DNA of 64,000 nucleotides. Origin: a virus. Positions 45,810 through 54,381 of this stretch are shown here, in pieces. How positions within the stretch are numbered: position 1 is the first letter of the stretch; every line of letters starts with the position of its first letter. The notes beneath the pieces are model-generated. The model made no database searches. It was not told the DNA's origin and was given only the letters and a program-made list of their open reading frames with translations. The DNA lies in the IMG/VR virus record IMGVR_UViG_3300031688_001339; one strand, written 5' to 3'. The translations under genes and the position numbers were made by a program.

Positions 45810-46139
45810 ATGGCTAATTATAAAAAGTACGCTTTAATGGCGTTAAAGAAGAAGGCACCGAAAGTACCGGCATATACTTGTACGGATATAGATAACGTAA
45901 TCACTACACTAGAAAACATACACTCAGGTACGAAGAAACTAACGAAGATACGGCTTGACGTTTTGGAACGTAAGTTGGAAAGACTTCGGTCTTCTAATGA
46001 GGGTTTGAGAGATAGTGGTATATACTGGTATGGTATAACGAAGAAGATAATTAAGAATTTGAAAGATAATGGTAAGAAAGCGAATTTAAGTAAACGAAAT
46101 AAAAAAAATCGGAAAAATCGGAATTACGACTCTGATTAA
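45810..46139 (+). CDS. Basic hypothetical protein
   Basis: APKVP..TC.DID, ERLRSSNE.LRDSG.YWY. Confidence 0.65.
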   Translation: MANYKKYALMALKKKAPKVPAYTCTDIDNVITTLENIHSGTKKLTKIRLDVLERKLERLRSSNEGLRDSGIYWYGITKKIIKNLKDNGKKANLSKRNKKNRKNRNYDSD

Positions 46140-46157
46140 TACTAGGAGAGAAGAAAA

Positions 46158-46400
46158 ATGGGAGAATACTTTTTAGTTATAGTATTTTGTATAATGGGTG
46201 AGTGTACATCAATAGATCCACAAACACCATATCCTGATTATAACACCTGTCAAGAGGTGAGTGAAGAAACGGCTGTGTTGTTTCAACGACAATACCCAAA
46301 CAGTAAAGGTCAGATATATTGTCTTTCGGAAGATGAGTATAAGGAGTATATAAATACTACTGAACCTAAAGAAGCACCGAAAGTTGGTAGTCCAGTATGA
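46158..46400 (+). CDS. Small Cys-containing secreted/membrane protein
   Basis: AGGAG RBS, hydrophobic N-terminus, four Cys. Confidence 0.6.
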   Translation: MGEYFLVIVFCIMGECTSIDPQTPYPDYNTCQEVSEETAVLFQRQYPNSKGQIYCLSEDEYKEYINTTEPKEAPKVGSPV

Positions 46401-46624
46401 CAGTTGAAAAGAAACTAACGTTTAGAGAAAAATGGAAGAACGCCTGTAATACAGACAACGCCATTGACTTCTCTGTAGACATTGGACTTATTGCATTTGA
46501 TGTATTAGCAAGTCCTATTTTAATAGTAGTTAGAGTCTTTCGTTGGGCAATGAACAAATGGGTAAACGGTTATATTAAGAGATTTTTAAAATGGTTTGTA
46601 CATAAAGTATTAAGGATAAAATGA
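46397..46624 (+). CDS. Small membrane-associated protein
   Basis: Hydrophobic core; coupled to its neighbours. Confidence 0.6.
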   Translation: MTVEKKLTFREKWKNACNTDNAIDFSVDIGLIAFDVLASPILIVVRVFRWAMNKWVNGYIKRFLKWFVHKVLRIK

Positions 46625-46929
46625 TAACAATATTAGAGAATGCAGTAAAGCATTTATCAGAATTAAAAGCCAAACACAACGTCAAATACATAAGACTTGA
46701 AGTAAAAGGTGGAGGTTGTGCTGGGTACGAATACAAGTGGAGTTTTGAGAATGAAATTAACGAGATAGATGATTTAGTAATAGGTGATCTAGTTGTTGAT
46801 AGTATGTTTGAAATGTATATTGCTGGTATGGAGTTAGACTATAAAGAAGAAATCTTTGGTAGTCAATTCGTATTCAGTAATCCAAATAGTAAATCATCAT
46901 GTGGTTGTGGAACCTCTTTTAGTGTGTAA
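46621..46929 (+). CDS. iscA: A-type Fe-S carrier (IscA/SufA/HesB)
   Basis: GGGCAG.EY, LDY, F.NPN...SCGCGTSF. Confidence 0.92.
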   Translation: MITILENAVKHLSELKAKHNVKYIRLEVKGGGCAGYEYKWSFENEINEIDDLVIGDLVVDSMFEMYIAGMELDYKEEIFGSQFVFSNPNSKSSCGCGTSFSV

Positions 46930-46946
46930 CTAAATAGTCTTATATT

Positions 46947-47630
46947 ATGACTGAAACGAATAGAAGTAAAATTGAAGGAACTGAATCAGCACACAACATC
47001 ACTATAAAAGAAAACAGTTTTTTTGATAGAAGACATAAACGATTAAACATTGATCTATCTCATAGATGTCCTTTAGAATGTTTAAGATGTGGTAGACAAA
47101 GAAGTTTTACCAATAAAGGTCTTAAAGTACCTGGTCGTGATCTATCAATATCCGAATTTAATAAAATACTAGATTGGTTTCCTAGAATATCTTTCTGTGG
47201 TCAATATTCTGACCCTATACACCACCCTAAAATAAACGAATTACTTACTATCACAAAAGATAGAGGTGTTAAAGTAGAGGTACATTTAGCCTCATCTTTA
47301 AAACCAAAGAAAGCTTACATAGAAGCATTTAAAGCCAACCCTAAAGCAAACTGGATATTTGGTATAGATGGCATGCCTGAAGAAAGTAAACAATACAGAG
47401 TTAATCAAAATGGTCAGAAACTATTTGATCTTATGTTAGAGAGTAAAAAGTATTTAACAACAAGACCTCTATGGCAGTTTATTATATTCAGTTATAATGA
47501 AAAGAGTATTGACAAAGCAATGAAGATGGCCAAAGATAACGATGTTGATTTCATATTAGTTAACAGTGCAAGATGGACAGATGATGACGATTGGTTAATG
47601 CCAAAAACTAAAAGGACTATGAATGACTAA
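46947..47630 (+). CDS. Radical SAM protein
   Basis: CPLECLRC (CxxxCxxC), FCG..SDP, FGIDG, YRVN, WQFIIF.YNE. Confidence 0.85.
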   Translation: MTETNRSKIEGTESAHNITIKENSFFDRRHKRLNIDLSHRCPLECLRCGRQRSFTNKGLKVPGRDLSISEFNKILDWFPRISFCGQYSDPIHHPKINELLTITKDRGVKVEVHLASSLKPKKAYIEAFKANPKANWIFGIDGMPEESKQYRVNQNGQKLFDLMLESKKYLTTRPLWQFIIFSYNEKSIDKAMKMAKDNDVDFILVNSARWTDDDDWLMPKTKRTMND

Positions 47631-48009
47631 AGTTACTGACAATCATTTAGGTGCAGTACCATTATGGGCAGAGGGAGATATTGAATTAGACCCTTTATGT
47701 TTTAAAGACGCAATTGCCTTAGCAGTCACCAACCAAGGTGTATTAATACCTTGTTGTAGAATGGACGATCCTAAAACAATGAACGACCCTAGAATGAAAA
47801 AGATGTTAGAGGTTAGTACTATCAATAATAACAATACAGTAGAAGATATACTAAAGTCAGGTGAATGGAAAGAATTTGCAAACAACTTATCAAAGAACAT
47901 AGGACCTAATGCGTGTAGAACAACATGTGCCAAAGCAAAAAAATATTCACAGACAGTAGAATGGATTAACACCAAAACAGGTAAAACAACTAGTACTGAA
48001 AAGAAATAA
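47623..48009 (+). CDS. Stand-alone SPASM/twitch-like Fe-S domain protein
   Basis: PLC...V...G.LIPCC...CRTTC. Confidence 0.7.
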   Translation: MTKVTDNHLGAVPLWAEGDIELDPLCFKDAIALAVTNQGVLIPCCRMDDPKTMNDPRMKKMLEVSTINNNNTVEDILKSGEWKEFANNLSKNIGPNACRTTCAKAKKYSQTVEWINTKTGKTTSTEKK

Positions 48010-48845
48010 TGAAAAAGAAATTGATAGTAGCAGGTTGTAGTTTTACAGATATGAACTACGTTAGTTCAATTAATACTACAGGTGGAAAACAATGTGATGA
48101 GTTTCCTACATGGGGAGAAATACTAGCAAAACAATTAGATATGGATTTAGTTTGTCTAGCAAAAAACGGTGCTGGTCAAGAGCAGATATATTCTAGTGTA
48201 CAAGATTATCTATTAGAAAATGATCCAAAAGAAATAGGTTTATGTATTGCAGGTTGGTCAAAATGTCAAAGAGTAAATTGGCAAAAGAAAAACCTGGAAT
48301 GGTGTGACGCTAAACCTAATATGTATGGTCATGTATATGGGTGGATAAAGTCTTCATTAAGATATCAATATGCATTTCAAAATTTATGTGAACAACATAA
48401 TATACCATATAAACATTTTCAAATGATTTCTTTATTTGTAGATCATATCTATGAATATGAATTTAAAGAAGCAGGTGGTAATTATGAAAAGATAAGACAA
48501 GGTTGTGTTGATGTAATTAAAAACTCACCACAATATAAACATATGAAAAACTTTATTGGTTGGCCTATATTTAATGAAGAAGATGGTTTTGTTGTTGCAG
48601 ATTTAAAAATCCACAAAAATTGGGGAGTAGAAGATAGATTGGCTAATAATATACCTACATCTACTTTTAATCCTGCTAATAGAGATTACGATGAGAAGAT
48701 TTACTTTACGGATATATATGGTAAGCCGGTTGGTCTAGCACCAAAAGGAACAATTGATTATGACCATGTTATTGAAAAGAGTAATCCACACCCAAACAAA
48801 AAAGGTCACGAATGGCTTGCTAAATATATAGAGGATAAATTATGA
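48009..48845 (+). CDS. SGNH-like protein, paralog of 11965..12732
   Basis: GCSFTD, LA..GAG.E.IYS, SLRYQYAFQNLC, PHPNKKGHE. Confidence 0.65.
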   Translation: MKKKLIVAGCSFTDMNYVSSINTTGGKQCDEFPTWGEILAKQLDMDLVCLAKNGAGQEQIYSSVQDYLLENDPKEIGLCIAGWSKCQRVNWQKKNLEWCDAKPNMYGHVYGWIKSSLRYQYAFQNLCEQHNIPYKHFQMISLFVDHIYEYEFKEAGGNYEKIRQGCVDVIKNSPQYKHMKNFIGWPIFNEEDGFVVADLKIHKNWGVEDRLANNIPTSTFNPANRDYDEKIYFTDIYGKPVGLAPKGTIDYDHVIEKSNPHPNKKGHEWLAKYIEDKL

Positions 48846-49258
48846 ACGATAAAAAAGTAGGATTTACATGTAGTACTTTTGATTTGTTACATGCTGGTCA
48901 TGTACAAATGTTAAAGGATGCCAAAGACCAATGCGATTACTTAATCGTAGGTTTACAAACAGACCCAACTATAGATAGACCTGATACCAAAAATAAACCA
49001 ATACAAACATTGGTAGAAAGAGGTATACAGTTATCAGCAGTTAAGTATGTAGACGAAGTTATTACGTATCAAACTGAACAAGACTTGGAAGATATATTAA
49101 CAATGTTTAATATATCAGTAAGAATTATGGGAGAAGAATATCAAGGTACAGAGTTCACAGGTAAGGAGATATGTGTTAAGAAACATATAAAGATAGTTTA
49201 CAACAAAAGAGACCACCGTTTTTCATCAACAGATTTAAGAAAAAGAATTAAAAATTAG
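48842..49258 (+). CDS. Cytidylyltransferase (TagD/glycerol-3-phosphate type)
   Basis: FDLLHAGH, CDYLIVGL, VDEV, FSSTDLR. Confidence 0.9.
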   Translation: MNDKKVGFTCSTFDLLHAGHVQMLKDAKDQCDYLIVGLQTDPTIDRPDTKNKPIQTLVERGIQLSAVKYVDEVITYQTEQDLEDILTMFNISVRIMGEEYQGTEFTGKEICVKKHIKIVYNKRDHRFSSTDLRKRIKN

Positions 49259-49267
49259 GAGAAAATA

Positions 49268-49696
49268 ATGTCAAAAGCAAAACTAGGAGATGTAACTGAT
49301 TTCAGTTATAGAGTTAAGAGAGTAACAAAAATAGTAGATGGTGATACAATAGATGTATTATTAGATATGGGATTTGATATTTTATATCAACAAAGAGTTA
49401 GACTATTCGGTATAGATACACCAGAGTCTAGAACAAGAGATTTAGTAGAAAAGAAATTTGGTCTTAAAGCTAAAAAGTTTCTAACAGATCAAATTAAAAA
49501 AGCAACAAAGATTACAATTAGAACATACAAAGGTGACGAAACAGGTAAGTTTGGTAGAATATTAGGCGATGTATATTGTGATGGTAAATCCGTTAATTCA
49601 TTAATGTGTAAAGTAGGTCACGCAGTACAATACTATGGACAAAACAAAGAACTTGTTGAATCAGCACATTTAAAAAACAGAAAAAGGGTAAAATAA
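49268..49696 (+). CDS. Thermonuclease (SNase-like)
   Basis: IVDGDTID, RVRLFGIDTPE, GKFGRILG. Confidence 0.9.
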   Translation: MSKAKLGDVTDFSYRVKRVTKIVDGDTIDVLLDMGFDILYQQRVRLFGIDTPESRTRDLVEKKFGLKAKKFLTDQIKKATKITIRTYKGDETGKFGRILGDVYCDGKSVNSLMCKVGHAVQYYGQNKELVESAHLKNRKRVK

Positions 49697-49699
49697 TTT

Positions 49700-49924
49700 A
49701 TGAGTAATTTTGATAATCACGACAAAGATAACGATCACGATAGATCGTATGAAAATGAATCTACAAGAGATACAACACCTATGGTTTCTATATCATTAAG
49801 AGAATATGATAAGTTAAAATCAGGAAGTGCTTTCATCACAGACAAAGCAACGATTGATATTATAGATAATCTTGAAAGACTCGTTAGAGCATTAAGAAAA
49901 CATATAGTTAGATCAGAGATTTAA
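49700..49924 (+). CDS. Hypothetical protein
   Basis: VSISLREYDKL motif. Confidence 0.6.
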   Translation: MSNFDNHDKDNDHDRSYENESTRDTTPMVSISLREYDKLKSGSAFITDKATIDIIDNLERLVRALRKHIVRSEI

Positions 49925-50221
49925 TTATCTGTGATATACGGCAAACGTTGTCGCCATGTTCATATGACAAAATGATTGTGGTCTTTTATAGAATTGAGTA
50001 GAGTTTCCTCTATATCTATATCTAATAGGTTTAGCATTTTTATGTGCCGATACTTCTTTAAAGTATTTTAAATACTTCATTGGTATGCCGGCAGCTATAC
50101 ATCTACTATCGCTTTTCCATGGATCCAACATATGTTTGATTAACACAGAATTTACAATTTTATTAAATACTCTTTGTCTTCTATTCATAATTATCCTCTC
50201 AAATATTCGGGACCAGTCCAT
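49925..50221 (-). CDS. Hypothetical early protein
   Basis: RYRYRG...RPQS.C....T.FAVY; last gene of a minus-strand operon. Confidence 0.6.
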   Translation of the reverse strand: MDWSRIFERIIMNRRQRVFNKIVNSVLIKHMLDPWKSDSRCIAAGIPMKYLKYFKEVSAHKNAKPIRYRYRGNSTQFYKRPQSFCHMNMATTFAVYHR

Positions 50222-50541
50222 CTAATAGAATAGCCTCCAGTTAGTACATTGCCTCTAGCTTTGTTTAATGCAGGAGCATTAAAACCAGCCGCCTTTAATA
50301 CGTCACCTTTTTTAAAGTGTTTAAAGTCTTCTTTAACAATAAAAGCAAACACTCCGTTTTCTTGTACAACTTTAATGTACTTCTTACCTTGTGTTACTTT
50401 AGTTTTACTGTCCCATTCTTCTAATTGTCTTTTTCCGTAATCAGAACCTTTTCCCCAATTAGCATAATCATGTTTGGCACCAGCCATCATGTTCTTAATA
50501 CCTTCGTCTAAAGTTTCTGCTGTTTTATCTACTATACTCAT
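50191..50541 (-). CDS. Conserved phage hypothetical protein
   Basis: GKKYIKV...V.AFI...GDVLKAAG..APA...ARGN..WTGP.YL. Confidence 0.75.
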   Translation of the reverse strand: MSIVDKTAETLDEGIKNMMAGAKHDYANWGKGSDYGKRQLEEWDSKTKVTQGKKYIKVVQENGVFAFIVKEDFKHFKKGDVLKAAGFNAPALNKARGNVLTGGYSIRWTGPEYLRG

Positions 50542-50888
50542 TATATTCCTACTCCTTCATGTCTAAAATCTACGATTGGGTGAAAATCATAAGCGTATTC
50601 ATTATCAGGTAATGTACCTGACATTTGAACATGACAATCATTTTTCTTTTTATTATCAAAGAAAGTCTGTAAAGTTTTCTTTAGATTATTTGCCATCTGT
50701 TCATGTATTGAAACACCAAACTTTGCAAATAAAGTACCACACATGATAGTACAATCAGTAGCGCTTTCTTCTAATGCAAGTTTCATTATGTCTTTTCTCA
50801 ATTGAATAGACTTGTTTTTATAATCAGCCATTTCTTGACCTTTTTCTTCTTGTATTCTTAACTCGTTATACATTTCTGGTGTAATCAT
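50541..50888 (-). CDS. Hypothetical protein
   Basis: Coupled ORF in the minus-strand operon. Confidence 0.65.
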   Translation of the reverse strand: MITPEMYNELRIQEEKGQEMADYKNKSIQLRKDIMKLALEESATDCTIMCGTLFAKFGVSIHEQMANNLKKTLQTFFDNKKKNDCHVQMSGTLPDNEYAYDFHPIVDFRHEGVGI

Positions 50889-51106
50889 TATTTTTGCTCC
50901 TTATAAAGTTCTTGTGAGTACAAAGAAAGTATAAACATTGTTATACCAAGCATTGCAAGAGCACCAGCACCAATCCACTGATCAGTTTCAACAGCACCTG
51001 CTGAACCAACTAATGCAAGAGTACCAATAATAGCACAAACTATTGTTGTAAATTCAATTAACTTTTTTTTCATAGTGTTTCCTTTTGTTATAGTGTTTTT
51101 TTTCAT
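50888..51106 (-). CDS. Small two-TM membrane protein
   Basis: Two hydrophobic helices; RBS-preceded ATG at 51073 is the likely start. Confidence 0.65.
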   Translation of the reverse strand: MKKNTITKGNTMKKKLIEFTTIVCAIIGTLALVGSAGAVETDQWIGAGALAMLGITMFILSLYSQELYKEQK

Positions 51107-51117
51107 ATTACTCGTCC

Positions 51118-51146
51118 ATCCTATAACATAAATACAGCAAAGTCAA
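51118..51146 (-). promoter_or_regulatory. Sigma70-type early promoter
   Basis: Minus-strand TTGACT-17-TAGGAT. Confidence 0.75.
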
Positions 51147-51164
51147 GAAAAAAAAGCATAAAAT

Positions 51165-51344
51165 ATGAAAATAATTCAAATAATTGTGATTTGTTCTCTT
51201 TTTGTACTGGTTTCTTGTACTAGAAGTGTTACGGATTGCAAAATTAAGGCAGATTTAGAAAAAATAGGCGAATCAGCGTTAAAAAATAAAGAAAACTTAT
51301 CTGAAACTGAATTGCGACAAGCTCAAATGTCGTGTAATTTTTAA
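51165..51344 (+). CDS. Small lipoprotein (59 aa, not in ORF track)
   Basis: MKIIQIIVICSLFVLVS-C lipobox. Confidence 0.55.
   Translation: MKIIQIIVICSLFVLVSCTRSVTDCKIKADLEKIGESALKNKENLSETELRQAQMSCNF
51193..51207 (-). promoter_or_regulatory. LexA-box variant
   Basis: GTTC-tcttttt-GTAC, about 47 nt upstream of the minus-strand -35. Confidence 0.4.
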
Positions 51345-51358
51345 GGATAAATAATATT

Positions 51359-51517
51359 ATGATCAATTGTCAAAATTGTGGATATAAATGTCATTGTGGA
51401 GAAAAAAAGTACATAAATTATGGAGAAAAGAAAAAAACTGAAGTTTGTACTAATTGCCGACACAACGAATCAGACGATTCTTGGAAAGATCAAGTAAAAT
51501 ATGATAATACTAATTAA
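51359..51517 (+). CDS. Small Cys-rich protein (52 aa, not in ORF track)
   Basis: CQNCGYKCHC...CTNCRH. Confidence 0.6.
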   Translation: MINCQNCGYKCHCGEKKYINYGEKKKTEVCTNCRHNESDDSWKDQVKYDNTN

Positions 51518-51529
51518 TGGAGTTATAAA

Positions 51530-51787
51530 ATGAAGAAAATGAGAATATTTAAGTTTTGGAATGAAGCAGGTGACGAAAAAGAGAAAGAAGCTATGAGTTT
51601 GAAGAAGGCAGTTATCTCTGTACAAGGTGATTTTAAAGATAAATTCATCGGTGTTGAATATATGAGTAAAAAAGGCAAACAAATTACTGATTCCGTAAAA
51701 ATACCTATGGGTAGAAAAATAAGACAAGCGGCAATCATAGAAAAAAAGAAAGCAGCTGCAAAAGCAGCAAAAGAATTGGGAAAATAA
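51530..51787 (+). CDS. Basic hypothetical protein
   Basis: GGAG RBS; coupled to the PAAR gene. Confidence 0.65.
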   Translation: MKKMRIFKFWNEAGDEKEKEAMSLKKAVISVQGDFKDKFIGVEYMSKKGKQITDSVKIPMGRKIRQAAIIEKKKAAAKAAKELGK

Positions 51788-52086
51788 TGCCAGCAATCAG
51801 TAGACAAGGCGACAGTTTGAGTACAGGACACATTTGTGTTGGTACAACGACTTTAAATACGCCTGGTCAAAGTACTGTTAAGGCAAATAGTATCTTAATA
51901 GCGAGAGTGGGTGACCCGACGGTCTCCCACCCATTCCCACCAGCACCACCTTGCGCTCCTCATGTTGCAGTAGTCAATGTAGGCAGTTCAACAGTAAGAG
52001 TTTGTGGCATACCGGTTGCACGTATTGGTGACAGTACAGACGCTGGAGCAATGACTTCAGGTTCTTCAAATATATTCGCCGGTTGA
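51787..52086 (+). CDS. PAAR spike-tip protein (gp5.4-like)
   Basis: PAISRQGD..H.C, ARVGD..H, PH, PVARIGD, GSSNIFAG. Confidence 0.9.
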   Translation: MPAISRQGDSLSTGHICVGTTTLNTPGQSTVKANSILIARVGDPTVSHPFPPAPPCAPHVAVVNVGSSTVRVCGIPVARIGDSTDAGAMTSGSSNIFAG

Positions 52087-52088
52087 CG

Positions 52089-52096
52089 TATAAATA
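52089..52096 (+). promoter_or_regulatory. T4-type late promoter
   Basis: TATAAATA before gp25. Confidence 0.7.
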
Positions 52097-52105
52097 TATG
52101 GTGTA

Positions 52106-52531
52106 ATGCCAAACTTTGATAGTAGTAATACAAACAACAGTAAACGAAAGAATAGAATCTATACAGATTTAGATTTGAATTTCGGTCGTAATACAGTTAC
52201 AAGTGATGTTAATAAATTGACAGATGTAGAGGCCGTTAAAAGAAGTGTTAGAAATTTAATCAATACTTCTCACTTTGAAAGACCTTTTCATCCAGAGATT
52301 GGTAGTGATGTAAGAAGAATGTTATTTGAACCAATGACACCTCTAACAGCATTAAATTTACAAAGAAAAGTTGGCGAAGTATTAAATAATTTTGAACCAA
52401 GAATTAAATTAGTTCAAATTTTAGCTAGACCAGATTTAGACAGAAATAGTTATCACTTAACAATTATGTTTTATGTAATAGGTGTTTCTGAACCAGTAAC
52501 AGTAGAAACTTTTTTAGAGAGAACAAGATAA
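52106..52531 (+). CDS. gp25: Baseplate wedge subunit gp25
   Basis: YTDLDL.F, AVKRSVRNL..T...ERPF.PE.G, FEPR. Confidence 0.93.
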   Translation: MPNFDSSNTNNSKRKNRIYTDLDLNFGRNTVTSDVNKLTDVEAVKRSVRNLINTSHFERPFHPEIGSDVRRMLFEPMTPLTALNLQRKVGEVLNNFEPRIKLVQILARPDLDRNSYHLTIMFYVIGVSEPVTVETFLERTR

Positions 52532-52532
52532 A

Positions 52533-54374
52533 ATGGCAAGTAACAAATTAATAGTATCTGATTTTGACTTTGATAACATAAAATCAAACTTAAAAACATT
52601 TTTACAAAATCAACCAGAATTTTCAGACTATAATTTTGAAGGATCAGGCTTTGCCGTTCTTTTGGATACATTAGCATACAATACACACTATCTTGGCTTC
52701 AATGCTAACATGTTAGTTAATGAAGTTTATCTAGACAGTGCAGACGTAAGAAAAAATATAGTTTCATTAGCAAAGGCATTAGGTTATACACCATCATCAG
52801 CTAGAGCTTCAACAGCAAGTGTTGACATAACAATAAACAATGCTTCAGGTTCAAGTATCTTGATGAACAAAGGAACAACTTTCACAACAAGTGTAGATGG
52901 AACAGGATTTAATTTTTGTACTAATGAAGATATTACAATTACACCATCAAACGGTGTTTACAAATTTTCAAAAGTAAATATATACGAAGGTACTTTAGTT
53001 ACTTTCAAATATACAGTTGACAGTACAGATGTTGATCAAAAGTTTGTAATACAAAATGTTAATGCTGATACATCTACTTTAAAAGTAACAGTACAAAATT
53101 CATTATCAGATTCAACTGTAAACACTTATTCAGGCGCTACAGGTTTAAGAAACTTAAATCACTTATCTAAAGTTTACTTCACACAAGAAACAGATACAGG
53201 TAGATTTCAAGTTTACTTCGGTGATGATGTAATAGGTAATAAATTAGAAGATGGTAACATAGTTACTTTAGAATATATCGTTACGAACAAAACAGAGGCT
53301 AATGGCGCTAAGTCATTTGAGTTAGGTTCTACTATCGGTAGTTTTTCAAACGTAACTATAACAACTAAATCAAGTGCTCAAGGTGGTGCAGAACCTGAAA
53401 CTAAAGAGTCAATTAGATTTAATGCTCCATTACAATACACAGCACAAGACAGAGCAGTTACAGCTACAGACTATGAAACAATTGTTAGATCAATTTATCC
53501 TAATGCATTATCTATTAGTGCTTGGGGTGGAGAAGATGATGAAACACCGGTTTATGGTGTAGTAAAAATTTCTATCAAGGCTGCTTCGGGTTCAACATTA
53601 ACTGATAGTACTAAAGCGTCTATTATAAAATCTTTAATACCTTATAACGTTGCTTCAGTTAGACCAGAAATTATTGATCCAGAAATAACATCTATTCTGT
53701 TAACAACTAATGCTAAGTATGATAAGAAAAGTACAAGTAAATCACTTGATACCTTAAAGTCAGAAATCACTACTGCTATTACAAATTACAACACTTCAAC
53801 TTTACAAAAGTTTGATGGTGTCTTTAGATTTTCTAAATTAACAGGTCTAGTAGACAGTGTAGATAAAAGCATACTATCTAACATCACAACAGTTAAAATG
53901 AGAAAGAATTTTACACCTACTATTGCGGCTTCAACAAAATACGATATGTACTTTAGAAATGCAATACATAATCCACATTCTGGTCATACATCAATACTTT
54001 CATCTACTGGATTTAAAGTTACAGGCAGTGATAATGAAATGTTTTTAGATGATGATAGTTACGGTAACGTTAGAAGATATTATCTAGTAAGTGGTGTTAA
54101 AACTTATGCTAATGCAACACAAGGTATAGTTAATTACAAAACAGGTCAAGTAACAATCAATTCTTTGAACGTTGCTTCAATATCTAATATTAGAAATGCA
54201 GTATCTAACGTTATTGAGATTACGGTATCGCCTAGTTCAAACGATATAGTGCCAGTTAGAAATCAAGTAATAGAAATAGACATAGCAAACTCAAATATAA
54301 CTGTAGAACAAGATACATTTGTTGGTGGTTCAGCAGAAGCTGGTGTAGGCTATACAACTACAACAAGTTACTAA
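52533..54374 (+). CDS. gp6: Baseplate wedge subunit gp6
   Basis: DFD.IK..L, DY.FEGS, LAYNTHY, LGY.P, FGD...G, Q.RAVT..DY. Confidence 0.95.
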   Translation: MASNKLIVSDFDFDNIKSNLKTFLQNQPEFSDYNFEGSGFAVLLDTLAYNTHYLGFNANMLVNEVYLDSADVRKNIVSLAKALGYTPSSARASTASVDITINNASGSSILMNKGTTFTTSVDGTGFNFCTNEDITITPSNGVYKFSKVNIYEGTLVTFKYTVDSTDVDQKFVIQNVNADTSTLKVTVQNSLSDSTVNTYSGATGLRNLNHLSKVYFTQETDTGRFQVYFGDDVIGNKLEDGNIVTLEYIVTNKTEANGAKSFELGSTIGSFSNVTITTKSSAQGGAEPETKESIRFNAPLQYTAQDRAVTATDYETIVRSIYPNALSISAWGGEDDETPVYGVVKISIKAASGSTLTDSTKASIIKSLIPYNVASVRPEIIDPEITSILLTTNAKYDKKSTSKSLDTLKSEITTAITNYNTSTLQKFDGVFRFSKLTGLVDSVDKSILSNITTVKMRKNFTPTIAASTKYDMYFRNAIHNPHSGHTSILSSTGFKVTGSDNEMFLDDDSYGNVRRYYLVSGVKTYANATQGIVNYKTGQVTINSLNVASISNIRNAVSNVIEITVSPSSNDIVPVRNQVIEIDIANSNITVEQDTFVGGSAEAGVGYTTTTSY

Positions 54375-54381
54375 TTAAACA

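Noticed and set aside
45517-45810. tRNA, tmRNA or hammerhead ribozyme in the large intergenic gap
   Set aside because: No cloverleaf with a T-loop and CCA end, no tag-peptide frame, and no CUGANGA/GAAA core could be found by eye.
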